From contig JAVHQB010000093.1 of NCBI GenBank assembly GCA_036170905.1, positions 123-64,122 on the forward strand: DNA of 64,000 nucleotides, given 5' to 3'. This document shows positions 21,107 to 29,910 of this stretch, in pieces; positions within the stretch are counted from its first letter, which is position 1, and each line of letters begins with the position of its first letter. The notes beneath the pieces were generated by a model that saw only the letters and a program-made list of their open reading frames with translations, made no database searches and was not told the origin of the DNA. Origin of the DNA: Minisyncoccota bacterium (GTDB taxonomy: Bacteria > Patescibacteriota > Minisyncoccia > UBA6257 > JAVHQB01). Position numbers and translations under genes: made by a program.

Positions 21107-21121
21107 ACAGCTAAAAACCAA

Positions 21122-23221
21122 TCAATTACTAATAGCTCTATTAATTTGTTGTTCTCCATATTCCCAGCATTGCGCTAAATTGCGCTTTTGGTGTTTTTTA
21201 ATCTCAATACAGGATAAACTAAAAGCGGGAAAAGTGTGTGCAAAAGATGTTTTGGTATTTTTTAATTTTAGTCGTATTCCGGTAAAATAAGGTTGGCTGG
21301 TTTTATTTATCACCATAATAATGATATCGCCATTATTATTAGAGGCATAAACATTGAGCTTTTCCGGTAAAGTAGTTTTTGCGTCTAACAAGAAACCCTG
21401 AAAATGCTTACTGTATAAACCAAGAGGATAATATAAGGGTGTCAAGTTATCCAAGTCATCCAGAAGGGCGGTATATTGATCGGATGAATTTAAGACGAAT
21501 TGCATAAAATAATTAAGCTGGTACTTAGCCATAATTCCGTATAAATCAGCTAAATAGAGGACTTTGATTAAGGGGTCATATTCCACCATTGATTCAGCCT
21601 CAATATTAAATTCTGTCAATGCTAATTCCGTCCCCGCATAATTATTCTCGATTAACTTCTTAAGCCTGGGCAAGATTTCAGCAATAAAACCAAAAGGCAG
21701 ATGGTAATCGTATTTATTGCTGTAACCGGCATTCCACCAGCTTGGGGTAGAGCTAAGAATCGTAGCAATAGCTTGCCGATGTTTCCCGGTTAAGTGATCA
21801 ACAAAGGAAGGAAAATAATGAAAGCTTAAGACGTCAAGAATCCTTATGCTTTGGGGATTTTCCTTTTGATTATTTTGAAAAGTATTGCATTTTTGCAAGA
21901 AATCACCTATGCCGGTTAACTGCATATCTTCCAGGCAAAAAGACGGGGCAAAAATCTTGATTTTTAAATTCGGGTTGATTTCATTCTGAGTCTTTTTCAA
22001 AGCAACGGAGATCTTCTTAAATAAGTTAAAATATTCTTCCGTTGAACAGGGAGTTTTTCTGGCGTCAAAGTGAACCTTATGCCAAATAAATGGCTCGTTG
22101 CCTATTTCGAAAAATTTGACATTATACTTTTTTGCCTGATTAAGATACCGCAAAAAATCTGCGGCGTCTTGCTCACTTATACATTGAGTAAATTTTCCTG
22201 CATTTTTCCCTTCCGGGGCATAACCTAAAGCATTAATCTGAATTAATGGCTCTGCCCCGATACGCCGGCAATAGGCAATAAATTCATCTAAATTTGTCAT
22301 GGTAATCAATCGATTGTTTCCGGGAAAAGTATATTTTCCATTACGCCAATTATACCTATCCATAAACGGTCCGCCTGCCCGTAAAATCTTTAATTTCAAC
22401 GCAGCTACCTTCTTTTCACTAGGTAAATTCAACCAAACTCCCCAATTCGCTCCAAAAAGATACGGGGAAACTTTCTGTTTATTTGGTAGGGAGTTATCAA
22501 TGATAATTTCAGCCTGGACTTGTTTAGGGGAGTATCCCTCCAGATCTAATAAGTAGGATCCGGGAGGACTACTGCGCATCTGAGCAAGATCCATAGAACC
22601 AGCAAGATTATCCTGTGAAAGCTTGGCCTCAAACAACATAATCCTACCCCACTGGTTATCTCTCCCTTTGGCATGCAACCCAAAGGACTTAACCTTATTC
22701 CATTCCAGGGATTGGCTGTAGCCTGGATTGCGCGGCTGCCAATCTGAAGCTATTTTAAAATCGGAAAAGGGCAGATAAATTTTTTGCCTTTTGCCTGTTA
22801 ATAAGAATCGGCTCATTAATGGCTTAGAGCTTCCTAAATTCTGGTCTTCAACAAAAAAATAAAAATAGATTTCTTTACCAGATTCGCCTTGAATATCAAG
22901 GGTAATCCCTTTAAACCCGCTGAAATCGGCGATTTTAACCAAAGGAACAAAAAAATCAATCTCCGGCCAAAGCCACGCCTTGGTTGCTTTAAGTTGGTAA
23001 ATAAATTCTCTTGGACGGTTATCTTCTTTGAATTTATTCACCCAGCCACGTGATGCCCCAGGCCAGCCTGAGTCGGTAGTTACCTGCCAATCATTGTTTT
23101 TTGGATCTAAAAGAGATAGCTCGCCTGCCAAAACAATATCGTAACACCTACCCCATATTGTTAAAAAAAATAATGAAGTAGAAATCTTTAATAAAAGCCT
23201 TTTGCTACAGGGCTTAATCAT
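21122..23221 (-). CDS. Secreted glycoside hydrolase, clan GH-A, GH44-like, with N-terminal carbohydrate-binding (CIA30/CBM11-like) domain
   Basis: Signal-like N-terminus; DFSGFKGITL..YLPFSDF; RAGG..DRYNW, IGNEPFIWH (acid/base), LALTEFN (nucleophile). Confidence 0.75.
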   Translation of the reverse strand: MIKPCSKRLLLKISTSLFFLTIWGRCYDIVLAGELSLLDPKNNDWQVTTDSGWPGASRGWVNKFKEDNRPREFIYQLKATKAWLWPEIDFFVPLVKIADFSGFKGITLDIQGESGKEIYFYFFVEDQNLGSSKPLMSRFLLTGKRQKIYLPFSDFKIASDWQPRNPGYSQSLEWNKVKSFGLHAKGRDNQWGRIMLFEAKLSQDNLAGSMDLAQMRSSPPGSYLLDLEGYSPKQVQAEIIIDNSLPNKQKVSPYLFGANWGVWLNLPSEKKVAALKLKILRAGGPFMDRYNWRNGKYTFPGNNRLITMTNLDEFIAYCRRIGAEPLIQINALGYAPEGKNAGKFTQCISEQDAADFLRYLNQAKKYNVKFFEIGNEPFIWHKVHFDARKTPCSTEEYFNLFKKISVALKKTQNEINPNLKIKIFAPSFCLEDMQLTGIGDFLQKCNTFQNNQKENPQSIRILDVLSFHYFPSFVDHLTGKHRQAIATILSSTPSWWNAGYSNKYDYHLPFGFIAEILPRLKKLIENNYAGTELALTEFNIEAESMVEYDPLIKVLYLADLYGIMAKYQLNYFMQFVLNSSDQYTALLDDLDNLTPLYYPLGLYSKHFQGFLLDAKTTLPEKLNVYASNNNGDIIIMVINKTSQPYFTGIRLKLKNTKTSFAHTFPAFSLSCIEIKKHQKRNLAQCWEYGEQQINRAISN

Positions 23222-23276
23222 AATAAGTCCCTCAATACAAACCCTGCCATGAACATAAGAGTACTCGCCTTTTTCT

Positions 23277-24305
23277 TTATTGCGCTTTTAGGGCTTTAGG
23301 AATTCTTTCAAATAACTTGAAAATTATAAATAAAACAACGGGAAATATTGTAGGCACCATAACACTTTTGCCATATATTAATAGGCATAAACAAAAAAAG
23401 ATTAGCCAAAGAAGCTTTATTCTTGGAATAGCCAACAAAATTAAAACAAAAAGAGGAAAAATAGAAATTACTAATTGCATATTTTTTAATTTTACCATAC
23501 TTAAGAATATCAAAACCGCTACTAAATTAAAGACTACTAAAAAAAGTAGGCTATCTATTAGCTTATAACTAAGAACTGGAATCTTTTTGCTAAATTTTAA
23601 AACCGGGAACTCAAATTTTAGAGGCAGCAAAAAAGATAATACTATCAATAAACAAAACATTATTCGTTCTTCTACTATGCGGGGTAAATCTGAGCCTCCG
23701 GAAAAAACTATGCTCCAGGTACGTATAAAATATATGAGAAAAAATAGGCATTTCCAATCGAATTTTTTAAATTTTGAACACTCTATAAGAAAATATACCG
23801 CTAAAAAATGGATCGCAAAATAAAACCAGGCCTCTATAGCAAAAAAATGGGCATTCCCGACTAAAAAATCAGAAAAACGGCCATCATAAAATTTCCATCT
23901 CCACCACCCCATATTTACCCCAACCGTCTCCACTGCATAAGATATGCTAGCTGCTATTATACCGGCAAACAAAAGTGTAGGAAAAATCTTATTGTTAAAA
24001 TAATCTAATCTTTTGGTAATTTTCTCAGCAATCGACCAGGCAATATAAAAAGTGAACATCCAGCCGAATATTACAGTTAAAAACGAAATTAAAAAAGGGA
24101 TATTTACCTGCGGGAAGAAAAAAGGTGAACCTTTTAACATAAGAGATTGAGAGCTAAAAAATGTTCCGATTTCCTTTCTCAAAGCTGCAATTAACGCAAA
24201 TAAAAAGAAATTGAACGTTAATCTAAAGCCTCGTTTAAAATAAGAATGAATTATCAATAAAGTAACGCTTATTAAAACAACAATGAGTAGCCCGATTGTA
24301 TTCAT
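23277..24305 (-). CDS. Polytopic membrane protein, CruF/DUF422 (carotenoid hydratase)-like
   Basis: SYAVETVGVNMGWWRW motif, many TM helices; paralog of 28111..29148. Confidence 0.6.
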   Translation of the reverse strand: MNTIGLLIVVLISVTLLIIHSYFKRGFRLTFNFFLFALIAALRKEIGTFFSSQSLMLKGSPFFFPQVNIPFLISFLTVIFGWMFTFYIAWSIAEKITKRLDYFNNKIFPTLLFAGIIAASISYAVETVGVNMGWWRWKFYDGRFSDFLVGNAHFFAIEAWFYFAIHFLAVYFLIECSKFKKFDWKCLFFLIYFIRTWSIVFSGGSDLPRIVEERIMFCLLIVLSFLLPLKFEFPVLKFSKKIPVLSYKLIDSLLFLVVFNLVAVLIFLSMVKLKNMQLVISIFPLFVLILLAIPRIKLLWLIFFCLCLLIYGKSVMVPTIFPVVLFIIFKLFERIPKALKAQ

Positions 24306-24961
24306 TCTTTTAATTTCTCTGAATAATCAAATCTAAGATTTGTGAAAAATAACAAACTGATTAATAATATCAAAACAATGTATTCTATTAGAAACAATAC
24401 CTGTCCTTCTTTAAATATTCTAAAACACCATGCTGGAATAAACGGTAAGATAAAAAATATCGTTTTCCAATCATATTTTTTAAACTTAGAATGCACGATT
24501 AGAAAAAACGCGCTTAAAAAATATACACAAAAGAAAAACCATTGTAGAATAACGAATAATAAGGCACCCTGATCCTTTTGCCACCACCCCAGATAGACAG
24601 TAGTTACGCCAATTAGATAAATAAAACAAGCGCAGATAACCCCGGAAATTAGTGTTACCGGCAATATTTTTTCTTTTAAACGATAAAAAACCTGCGTTAA
24701 TTTTTCAGCCGCTAGCCAACTAGCATATAATACAGATAATCCTAAGCAAGCCGTAGCCAAAGAAAGACCTACCGATAGAATTTTAGGTTTTATATCCAAA
24801 TTTATAAAAGATAACCCCGGAGACTCTCCTTTTGTAAAAATAAGCAAAAAGGCAAAGAAGAAGAAATTTAATGTTACAAAAAAACCTCTAAGCCGATAAG
24901 AATGGGTAAACAATAACAGCAATAAAGAAAGGCTAATGAATAAAAAAATAATTATATCCAT
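24302..24961 (-). CDS. Short divergent CruF/DUF422-like membrane protein
   Basis: Shares RG..TLNFFFF, AEK, GWW, SKFKKYDWKTIFFILPF with its neighbours. Confidence 0.55.
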   Translation of the reverse strand: MDIIIFLFISLSLLLLLFTHSYRLRGFFVTLNFFFFAFLLIFTKGESPGLSFINLDIKPKILSVGLSLATACLGLSVLYASWLAAEKLTQVFYRLKEKILPVTLISGVICACFIYLIGVTTVYLGWWQKDQGALLFVILQWFFFCVYFLSAFFLIVHSKFKKYDWKTIFFILPFIPAWCFRIFKEGQVLFLIEYIVLILLISLLFFTNLRFDYSEKLKE

Positions 24962-24986
24962 ACTTAATTTTTAAAAAGAGGATACA

Positions 24987-26174
24987 TTAAAACCAATTAA
25001 ACATTTTTCCTGAGATAAGCTGGTTCAGGAATTTATCATATTCATTGATCAAACCTTTGTACGCATCCTGGTCTTTGATTTTAATTACCTTTTTAGCTAT
25101 CTGGTCGCAATATTTACATTCTGCGCATCCTATTAAGTTGCAATTATTATTTTTTAAGAAATACTCCAGGAAACCATCTAAGGCTCGATTGTCTATATAA
25201 ATCTCAGCTTCCTTTATAAGTTTCTTGGCTTTGATTAGCCTGAATAGATTAACTGAAAATGGGCGGAAAAAATACCTGAACTTATACAATAAATTTGGTT
25301 TTTGCAGAATAAATGTCCTAGAGGGATGGGAAAAAAGATCCAGTAAATTCCCATCATAACGTTGATTAGTATATGCTTCCACTATCGCCTGTATTCTTTC
25401 AGTAGACATAGTCCGATTAACTAATTTGATCATATCTATGCCGATATCTTGATAATAATGTAAATCCTCCGGGCGGATCCATTCGGAGCGGATTAAGTTT
25501 TCCGGCTGCTTCAATTTTAGATAACTGCACATTATAAATGAATAATCCAGCGAGAACCTTTTGCTTTCTTTATTTAACTGCGAACTATGCGAACTACAAT
25601 TACTGTGATAGAGCCAAAAAGGACAATTTTTTAGACAATGGAGATTAGCAATTAACTGGAGTTTACATTTTAAATTTTTTCTAATCGCTTCTAGCAACTT
25701 AAAATCCCTATTTACCTTATGCACTGATAAGGTAATTTTATCTGCACCTAAATCCTCCCAAAATTTCGCTTCCTCAATCGTGCTAACACCTGCTTGCGTG
25801 GAGATATTTACTTTAAATTCTGGATATCGTTTTTTGATTAACTGCAAAAGGTAGGAGACAGATACTGTAACGCTATCAACATTAACGGCTTGGAGCCAAT
25901 CTAGAAGTTTGCAAATATTTATTTGCCCCCTTCTGGACCACTCCATATTTCCTAAACAAGTGCTGTTTAATAGATAATTAAACTTTAATTTATAACTATG
26001 TACGGTGGCAATATACTTTCTTACGCTTTCTTTTGAAACCTGCGGCAGAATAAAGGATACCCGGCCGCCCCCTATTACATCTCTGGCTAATTTACCGTAT
26101 ATTTCTTCGACGTTATCTTTCTTGATTTTATGAATTAATCCAATATCCCAATTCGAAGGAATAGATAACCTCAT
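24987..26174 (-). CDS. U32-family (peptidase U32) Fe-S protein
   Basis: FNYLLNSTC, WEDLGAD, NRDF, CLKNCPF..YH, WIRPEDL, C-terminal CNLIGCAECKYC. Confidence 0.85.
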   Translation of the reverse strand: MRLSIPSNWDIGLIHKIKKDNVEEIYGKLARDVIGGGRVSFILPQVSKESVRKYIATVHSYKLKFNYLLNSTCLGNMEWSRRGQINICKLLDWLQAVNVDSVTVSVSYLLQLIKKRYPEFKVNISTQAGVSTIEEAKFWEDLGADKITLSVHKVNRDFKLLEAIRKNLKCKLQLIANLHCLKNCPFWLYHSNCSSHSSQLNKESKRFSLDYSFIMCSYLKLKQPENLIRSEWIRPEDLHYYQDIGIDMIKLVNRTMSTERIQAIVEAYTNQRYDGNLLDLFSHPSRTFILQKPNLLYKFRYFFRPFSVNLFRLIKAKKLIKEAEIYIDNRALDGFLEYFLKNNNCNLIGCAECKYCDQIAKKVIKIKDQDAYKGLINEYDKFLNQLISGKMFNWF

Positions 26175-26230
26175 ATATCCTCTTTGGCGGTTGGAGACTT
26201 TGGTTAAGTTATTTGACTTTTTTCAACTAA

Positions 26231-26259
26231 ATTATGCTCTAAATTCCTTATTAATACAA
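26231..26259 (-). promoter_or_regulatory. Putative sigma70 promoter upstream of the U32 gene
   Basis: Minus strand TTGTAT-N17-CATAAT inside a 121-bp intergenic gap. Confidence 0.5.
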
Positions 26260-26295
26260 GAAGATTTAAGAACAATTATGTCTTGTAACGTAATT

Positions 26296-27081
26296 TCAAT
26301 GTTGATTATTGTGCGTATCGCCAGCATAAACTATTCTGTCTATCCTAGAATGTTTGATATCTTCAGGTAATGAATAATTTTTATAAAAAAGAGCGTTTCC
26401 GCGCATGAATATAGGACTTTTTATATTCTTATTAAAAATTTCTATAGTTGCGCAACGCTTATTAATACAGCTTGAGAATCTAAGTCCCTCACCAGGGCGC
26501 TTCATGTTAAATTTACAATAACGGCTTAAGGTAATGTAAACAAAAGGGATATGTAAAGAAAAATTAAATCCATTATTTATATCAGTTAAATCTAACCCTT
26601 GCGATACATTATCTAGTTCAATTCTTTTGACATTTTCTTGATGCAAAAAATTTAACAGGGATTTGTTCAGCCCTATGTCCCTGACTCTTTTTCTTGCCTG
26701 CGCAGGGAAAGTACCGATAAATTCAGCTATTCTGGGGTCGCGTTTTTGTTTCACCAATAAACGTCCCAGAGCCATCTTTAGAGGCAAATCCCTGCATACC
26801 CTATACATTCCCCAGTCATTTATGATAATCTCTGGCTCCGGGCATCCCTGTATGATATGTTCGATAATCTGTCTATATTGAAATATTTCGCTATCATTAC
26901 AATAAGAGGTTACCATTGTTAATGCTATGTTTTTTGCGTGAACAAATTCTACTATCTTTTCAAATTCACCCAAAGGAGGAATCCGCCAGTTGCAAAACTC
27001 GTTACCAAAATACAACCGGGTATATTGCGGATGCCATAGTTTTAATTCCGATAATTCGTTAATCTGCAATGCTTGTTCCAT
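26296..27081 (-). CDS. UbiV-like U32 partner subunit
   Basis: RLYFGNEFC, IINDWG, GRLLVKQKRDPR, RIELDN, PFVYITLSRYC; probable start MEQALQ at 27081, just after the stop of the upstream U32 gene. Confidence 0.65.
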   Translation of the reverse strand: MEQALQINELSELKLWHPQYTRLYFGNEFCNWRIPPLGEFEKIVEFVHAKNIALTMVTSYCNDSEIFQYRQIIEHIIQGCPEPEIIINDWGMYRVCRDLPLKMALGRLLVKQKRDPRIAEFIGTFPAQARKRVRDIGLNKSLLNFLHQENVKRIELDNVSQGLDLTDINNGFNFSLHIPFVYITLSRYCKFNMKRPGEGLRFSSCINKRCATIEIFNKNIKSPIFMRGNALFYKNYSLPEDIKHSRIDRIVYAGDTHNNQH

Positions 27082-27088
27082 AATATTC

Positions 27089-28114
27089 TTATTCAGAAAA
27101 ATAATAACAATGATCAGATGCACATTTTCTGTATCTTGATCTTACTATATTCTTTGCCTTGAATATAAAATCTTGCTTGCTTATTTTATCATCTAATAAG
27201 TTGATTACTTCTTTAAGCAGTGCCACATTATTAATTTGATCGGTCAATATAGACCTACCTGCAATTTTGACATGGGAAATACCTAGTTTATAGAAATCAT
27301 ATATATTGCATATCCCGCAGGCATATAGAAAAGTCTGGGCTGTGTTAAAAATAATCCTGTTTTCTTCTTTATTAATTCCTTTTGTATGGAAAGGAAAACA
27401 ACAGGCGTGGCTATTTCTAACCATATGCCTATTGATCAATTGCAAAACTCCCTGAGGAAAAAACCGGACATATTTTTTTATTATCCTGGTTAAAAAAGAC
27501 TGCTGGTTGCAATTATTAATATTGGCAAGATTCCCATGCTGAAAAGAACAGTAACCATCGAGATTATAACATTTTTCATTTAGAACAAAAGCTTCCATAT
27601 TTAGCTCTCCTGGAGCCGAATCTTTCAATGCTTTTATCTCTTCTATATTCAAATGTCGATGCAGGATAATCCGTGATATCCCAAACTCTGCATATAGCTC
27701 AATCGCCCGGGAATTAAAAACTGTCGCACAAGAACTCAAATATAGCTTTATTTTTTTAAATTTATCCCTAAGCATTAATATCAATCCCAAATCTGCTACG
27801 AGTAAAGCGTCTACACCGCAATTTAGGGCTTCCTCAGCCTGACGCATGACTGCCAGAGATTGATTTTCATTATAAAATTCATTCAAAGTCAATATTAAGG
27901 GAACACTGTGGCGGTGGGCTATTTGGATTGCTTGCTTTAGCTCTGTTAAGTTGTTTAAGTTTGAAAATATATTTTCTCTCCTATTCAAACACGCCGAACT
28001 CGCATATTCCTGCCATTGAGTTTGGTCTATTAAACCGCAGTATAACTCATCCGCGCCTGCGCTGATCAGGCCTTCTATCTCATTAAGTCGGTTTAAAGGT
28101 GCTACTATTTTCAT
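27089..28114 (-). CDS. U32-family protein, UbiU/TrhP-like
   Basis: IVAP, GADELYCG, VDALLVAD.G, SRIILHRHL, CYNLDGYC, CGIC, KIAGRS. Confidence 0.85.
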   Translation of the reverse strand: MKIVAPLNRLNEIEGLISAGADELYCGLIDQTQWQEYASSACLNRRENIFSNLNNLTELKQAIQIAHRHSVPLILTLNEFYNENQSLAVMRQAEEALNCGVDALLVADLGLILMLRDKFKKIKLYLSSCATVFNSRAIELYAEFGISRIILHRHLNIEEIKALKDSAPGELNMEAFVLNEKCYNLDGYCSFQHGNLANINNCNQQSFLTRIIKKYVRFFPQGVLQLINRHMVRNSHACCFPFHTKGINKEENRIIFNTAQTFLYACGICNIYDFYKLGISHVKIAGRSILTDQINNVALLKEVINLLDDKISKQDFIFKAKNIVRSRYRKCASDHCYYFSE

Positions 28115-29148
28115 ATCTTTTCCAGGCCCTTTCTATCAAAAGAGGCTTTGTCCCTGGTTAAAATTTTTAATAAGATTACCGAGATAACCGGTATTACCGC
28201 TAATAAAGCAAGTTCCTTAAACAATAGCCAACAGATAAGAACAAGAAACATTATTACTGTCAGGGGGATTTTTTTTATAGCCAGCAATATAAGAAATAAC
28301 AACGGAAAAAGCGATATAAGTAATTTTACATCTTTTGCCTTGGTTAAATCAAAAAACACCAAAATAAACAACAAAAGAAAGGTAATTAACATCGGCAATA
28401 ATTCTAGCCATTTATGCTTTAAAAAACGCGGTAAACCGGGCAATCTGGCTTCTGCATAATCAAAGCGTAATGAACTCGTAAAAGCAAGAATAAGCATGGC
28501 TATTAAAGCTGTATATTCCACACTTACTCTAACAGATTCGGGCTTAAAATCTGCTGTAAGACTATGTAGAAAAGGAATGAGAAAAAATATCCCTTTCCAA
28601 CTCATTTTTCTGAATTTCGAACAATTAATCAAAAAATAAGGAGCAAATAAATATTGGGTGGGAAAATGCATCCAGGTTATTATTGTGATAAAAGGAACGC
28701 CCACTAAAAATCTAGCCATTCTTATGTCTTCCATAGTCCAGCGCCACCAGCCAATACCGATTGCTGTAGCTTCCACCGCATAACCAATACTTGCCGTTAC
28801 CAAACCAATTAGAAGTAAGATAGAAAAAATATACCCTTTCCCAAAACTCAGCCTCTGAGAAATTTTATCGGCAATATACCAAGCTAAACAAAAAGTAAAA
28901 ACCCAGCCAAACATTGCCAGAAAAGTATTTACAATAACCGAGGAATGACCTTTTAGAAATTCATATGGCATAGCCGGATTTTTTGTCCATATACCATTTA
29001 TACGCATAGGGCCTTCTTTTAGCGAAGCGATAAAAAAAGCGAAAAAGAAAAAATTAAAGGTCGCCCTTGTTCCGTACTTAAAATACGCATACAATATAAA
29101 TACGCCTATACTCAAAATACATATTAGAATTGTAAAGATTACGCTCAT
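28111..29148 (-). CDS. Polytopic membrane protein, CruF/DUF422-like
   Basis: GYAVEATAIGIGWWRW...VGVPF..W motif; many TM helices. Confidence 0.62.
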   Translation of the reverse strand: MSVIFTILICILSIGVFILYAYFKYGTRATFNFFFFAFFIASLKEGPMRINGIWTKNPAMPYEFLKGHSSVIVNTFLAMFGWVFTFCLAWYIADKISQRLSFGKGYIFSILLLIGLVTASIGYAVEATAIGIGWWRWTMEDIRMARFLVGVPFITIITWMHFPTQYLFAPYFLINCSKFRKMSWKGIFFLIPFLHSLTADFKPESVRVSVEYTALIAMLILAFTSSLRFDYAEARLPGLPRFLKHKWLELLPMLITFLLLFILVFFDLTKAKDVKLLISLFPLLFLILLAIKKIPLTVIMFLVLICWLLFKELALLAVIPVISVILLKILTRDKASFDRKGLEKI

Positions 29149-29160
29149 CGGATCAATTCC

Positions 29161-29901
29161 TTAAGATTTTAGATCAATTAATTTTGACCTGTTTAAAAAT
29201 GCCAATATAACGATGGTTATAAAAATTATAATCCGCTGGCAAAATACCGCCGTTTCACTGCCAAAAAGCCTTATCGTCCAAAGATGAATAAAGGGCAGCA
29301 GAAAAAAGATCATTTTCCAATTTTTATCCTTCCACTGGGAGCATTCAATTAAAAAGTAAGCGGCTAAAAAGAAAAAACTAAAATAAAATCCCTCCATAAA
29401 AGGATGCCTCGGATGACCGATTAAAAATATATCATTGGGAATAATGGGAACAAGCCATTTCTGCCAGTCAACTATACTTATTATTTTTACAATTGGGCAC
29501 AAAATAACACTAATTACTAAGGAGCTCAAAAATAATGTAAGAAAAAGTCGTTTTTTGAAAATATCAAAACATTGTAAGATTTTTTCGGCTATAAACCAAC
29601 CAAGATAAAATAATGACATCCATCCCAACAAAGTAATTACGGCAATAAAAAAAGTAAAAATAGCTTTAGGCTCAGGCGAAACTGAATATAACAACCGGTC
29701 CATATCGGCTGGTTTATCTGCTAGCGTCAAGGAAAACAGGATAGGGCTTATATCCCTCCAGATCCAAAACAAAATATAGAAAAAAGAAAAAAAGAAAAAA
29801 TTAAAAGTTAACCTGGACCCTCTCCTGAGACAACAATCCCGTATAAAAAATACAAGAGCTGATAATATAAGGATATTTAAAGCAATTAATATTGGCAACA
29901 T
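29161..29901 (-). CDS. Short divergent CruF/DUF422-like membrane protein
   Basis: RGSRLTFNFFFF, GW..FYLGWFIAEKI, YFLIECS..WKMIFFLLPF shared with paralogs. Confidence 0.55.
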   Translation of the reverse strand: MLPILIALNILILSALVFFIRDCCLRRGSRLTFNFFFFSFFYILFWIWRDISPILFSLTLADKPADMDRLLYSVSPEPKAIFTFFIAVITLLGWMSLFYLGWFIAEKILQCFDIFKKRLFLTLFLSSLVISVILCPIVKIISIVDWQKWLVPIIPNDIFLIGHPRHPFMEGFYFSFFFLAAYFLIECSQWKDKNWKMIFFLLPFIHLWTIRLFGSETAVFCQRIIIFITIVILAFLNRSKLIDLKS

Positions 29902-29910
29902 TTTATAAAT

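Noticed and set aside
23277-29901. Carotenoid biosynthesis cluster
   Set aside because: No phytoene synthase, desaturase or cyclase seen; only the CruF-like membrane motif.
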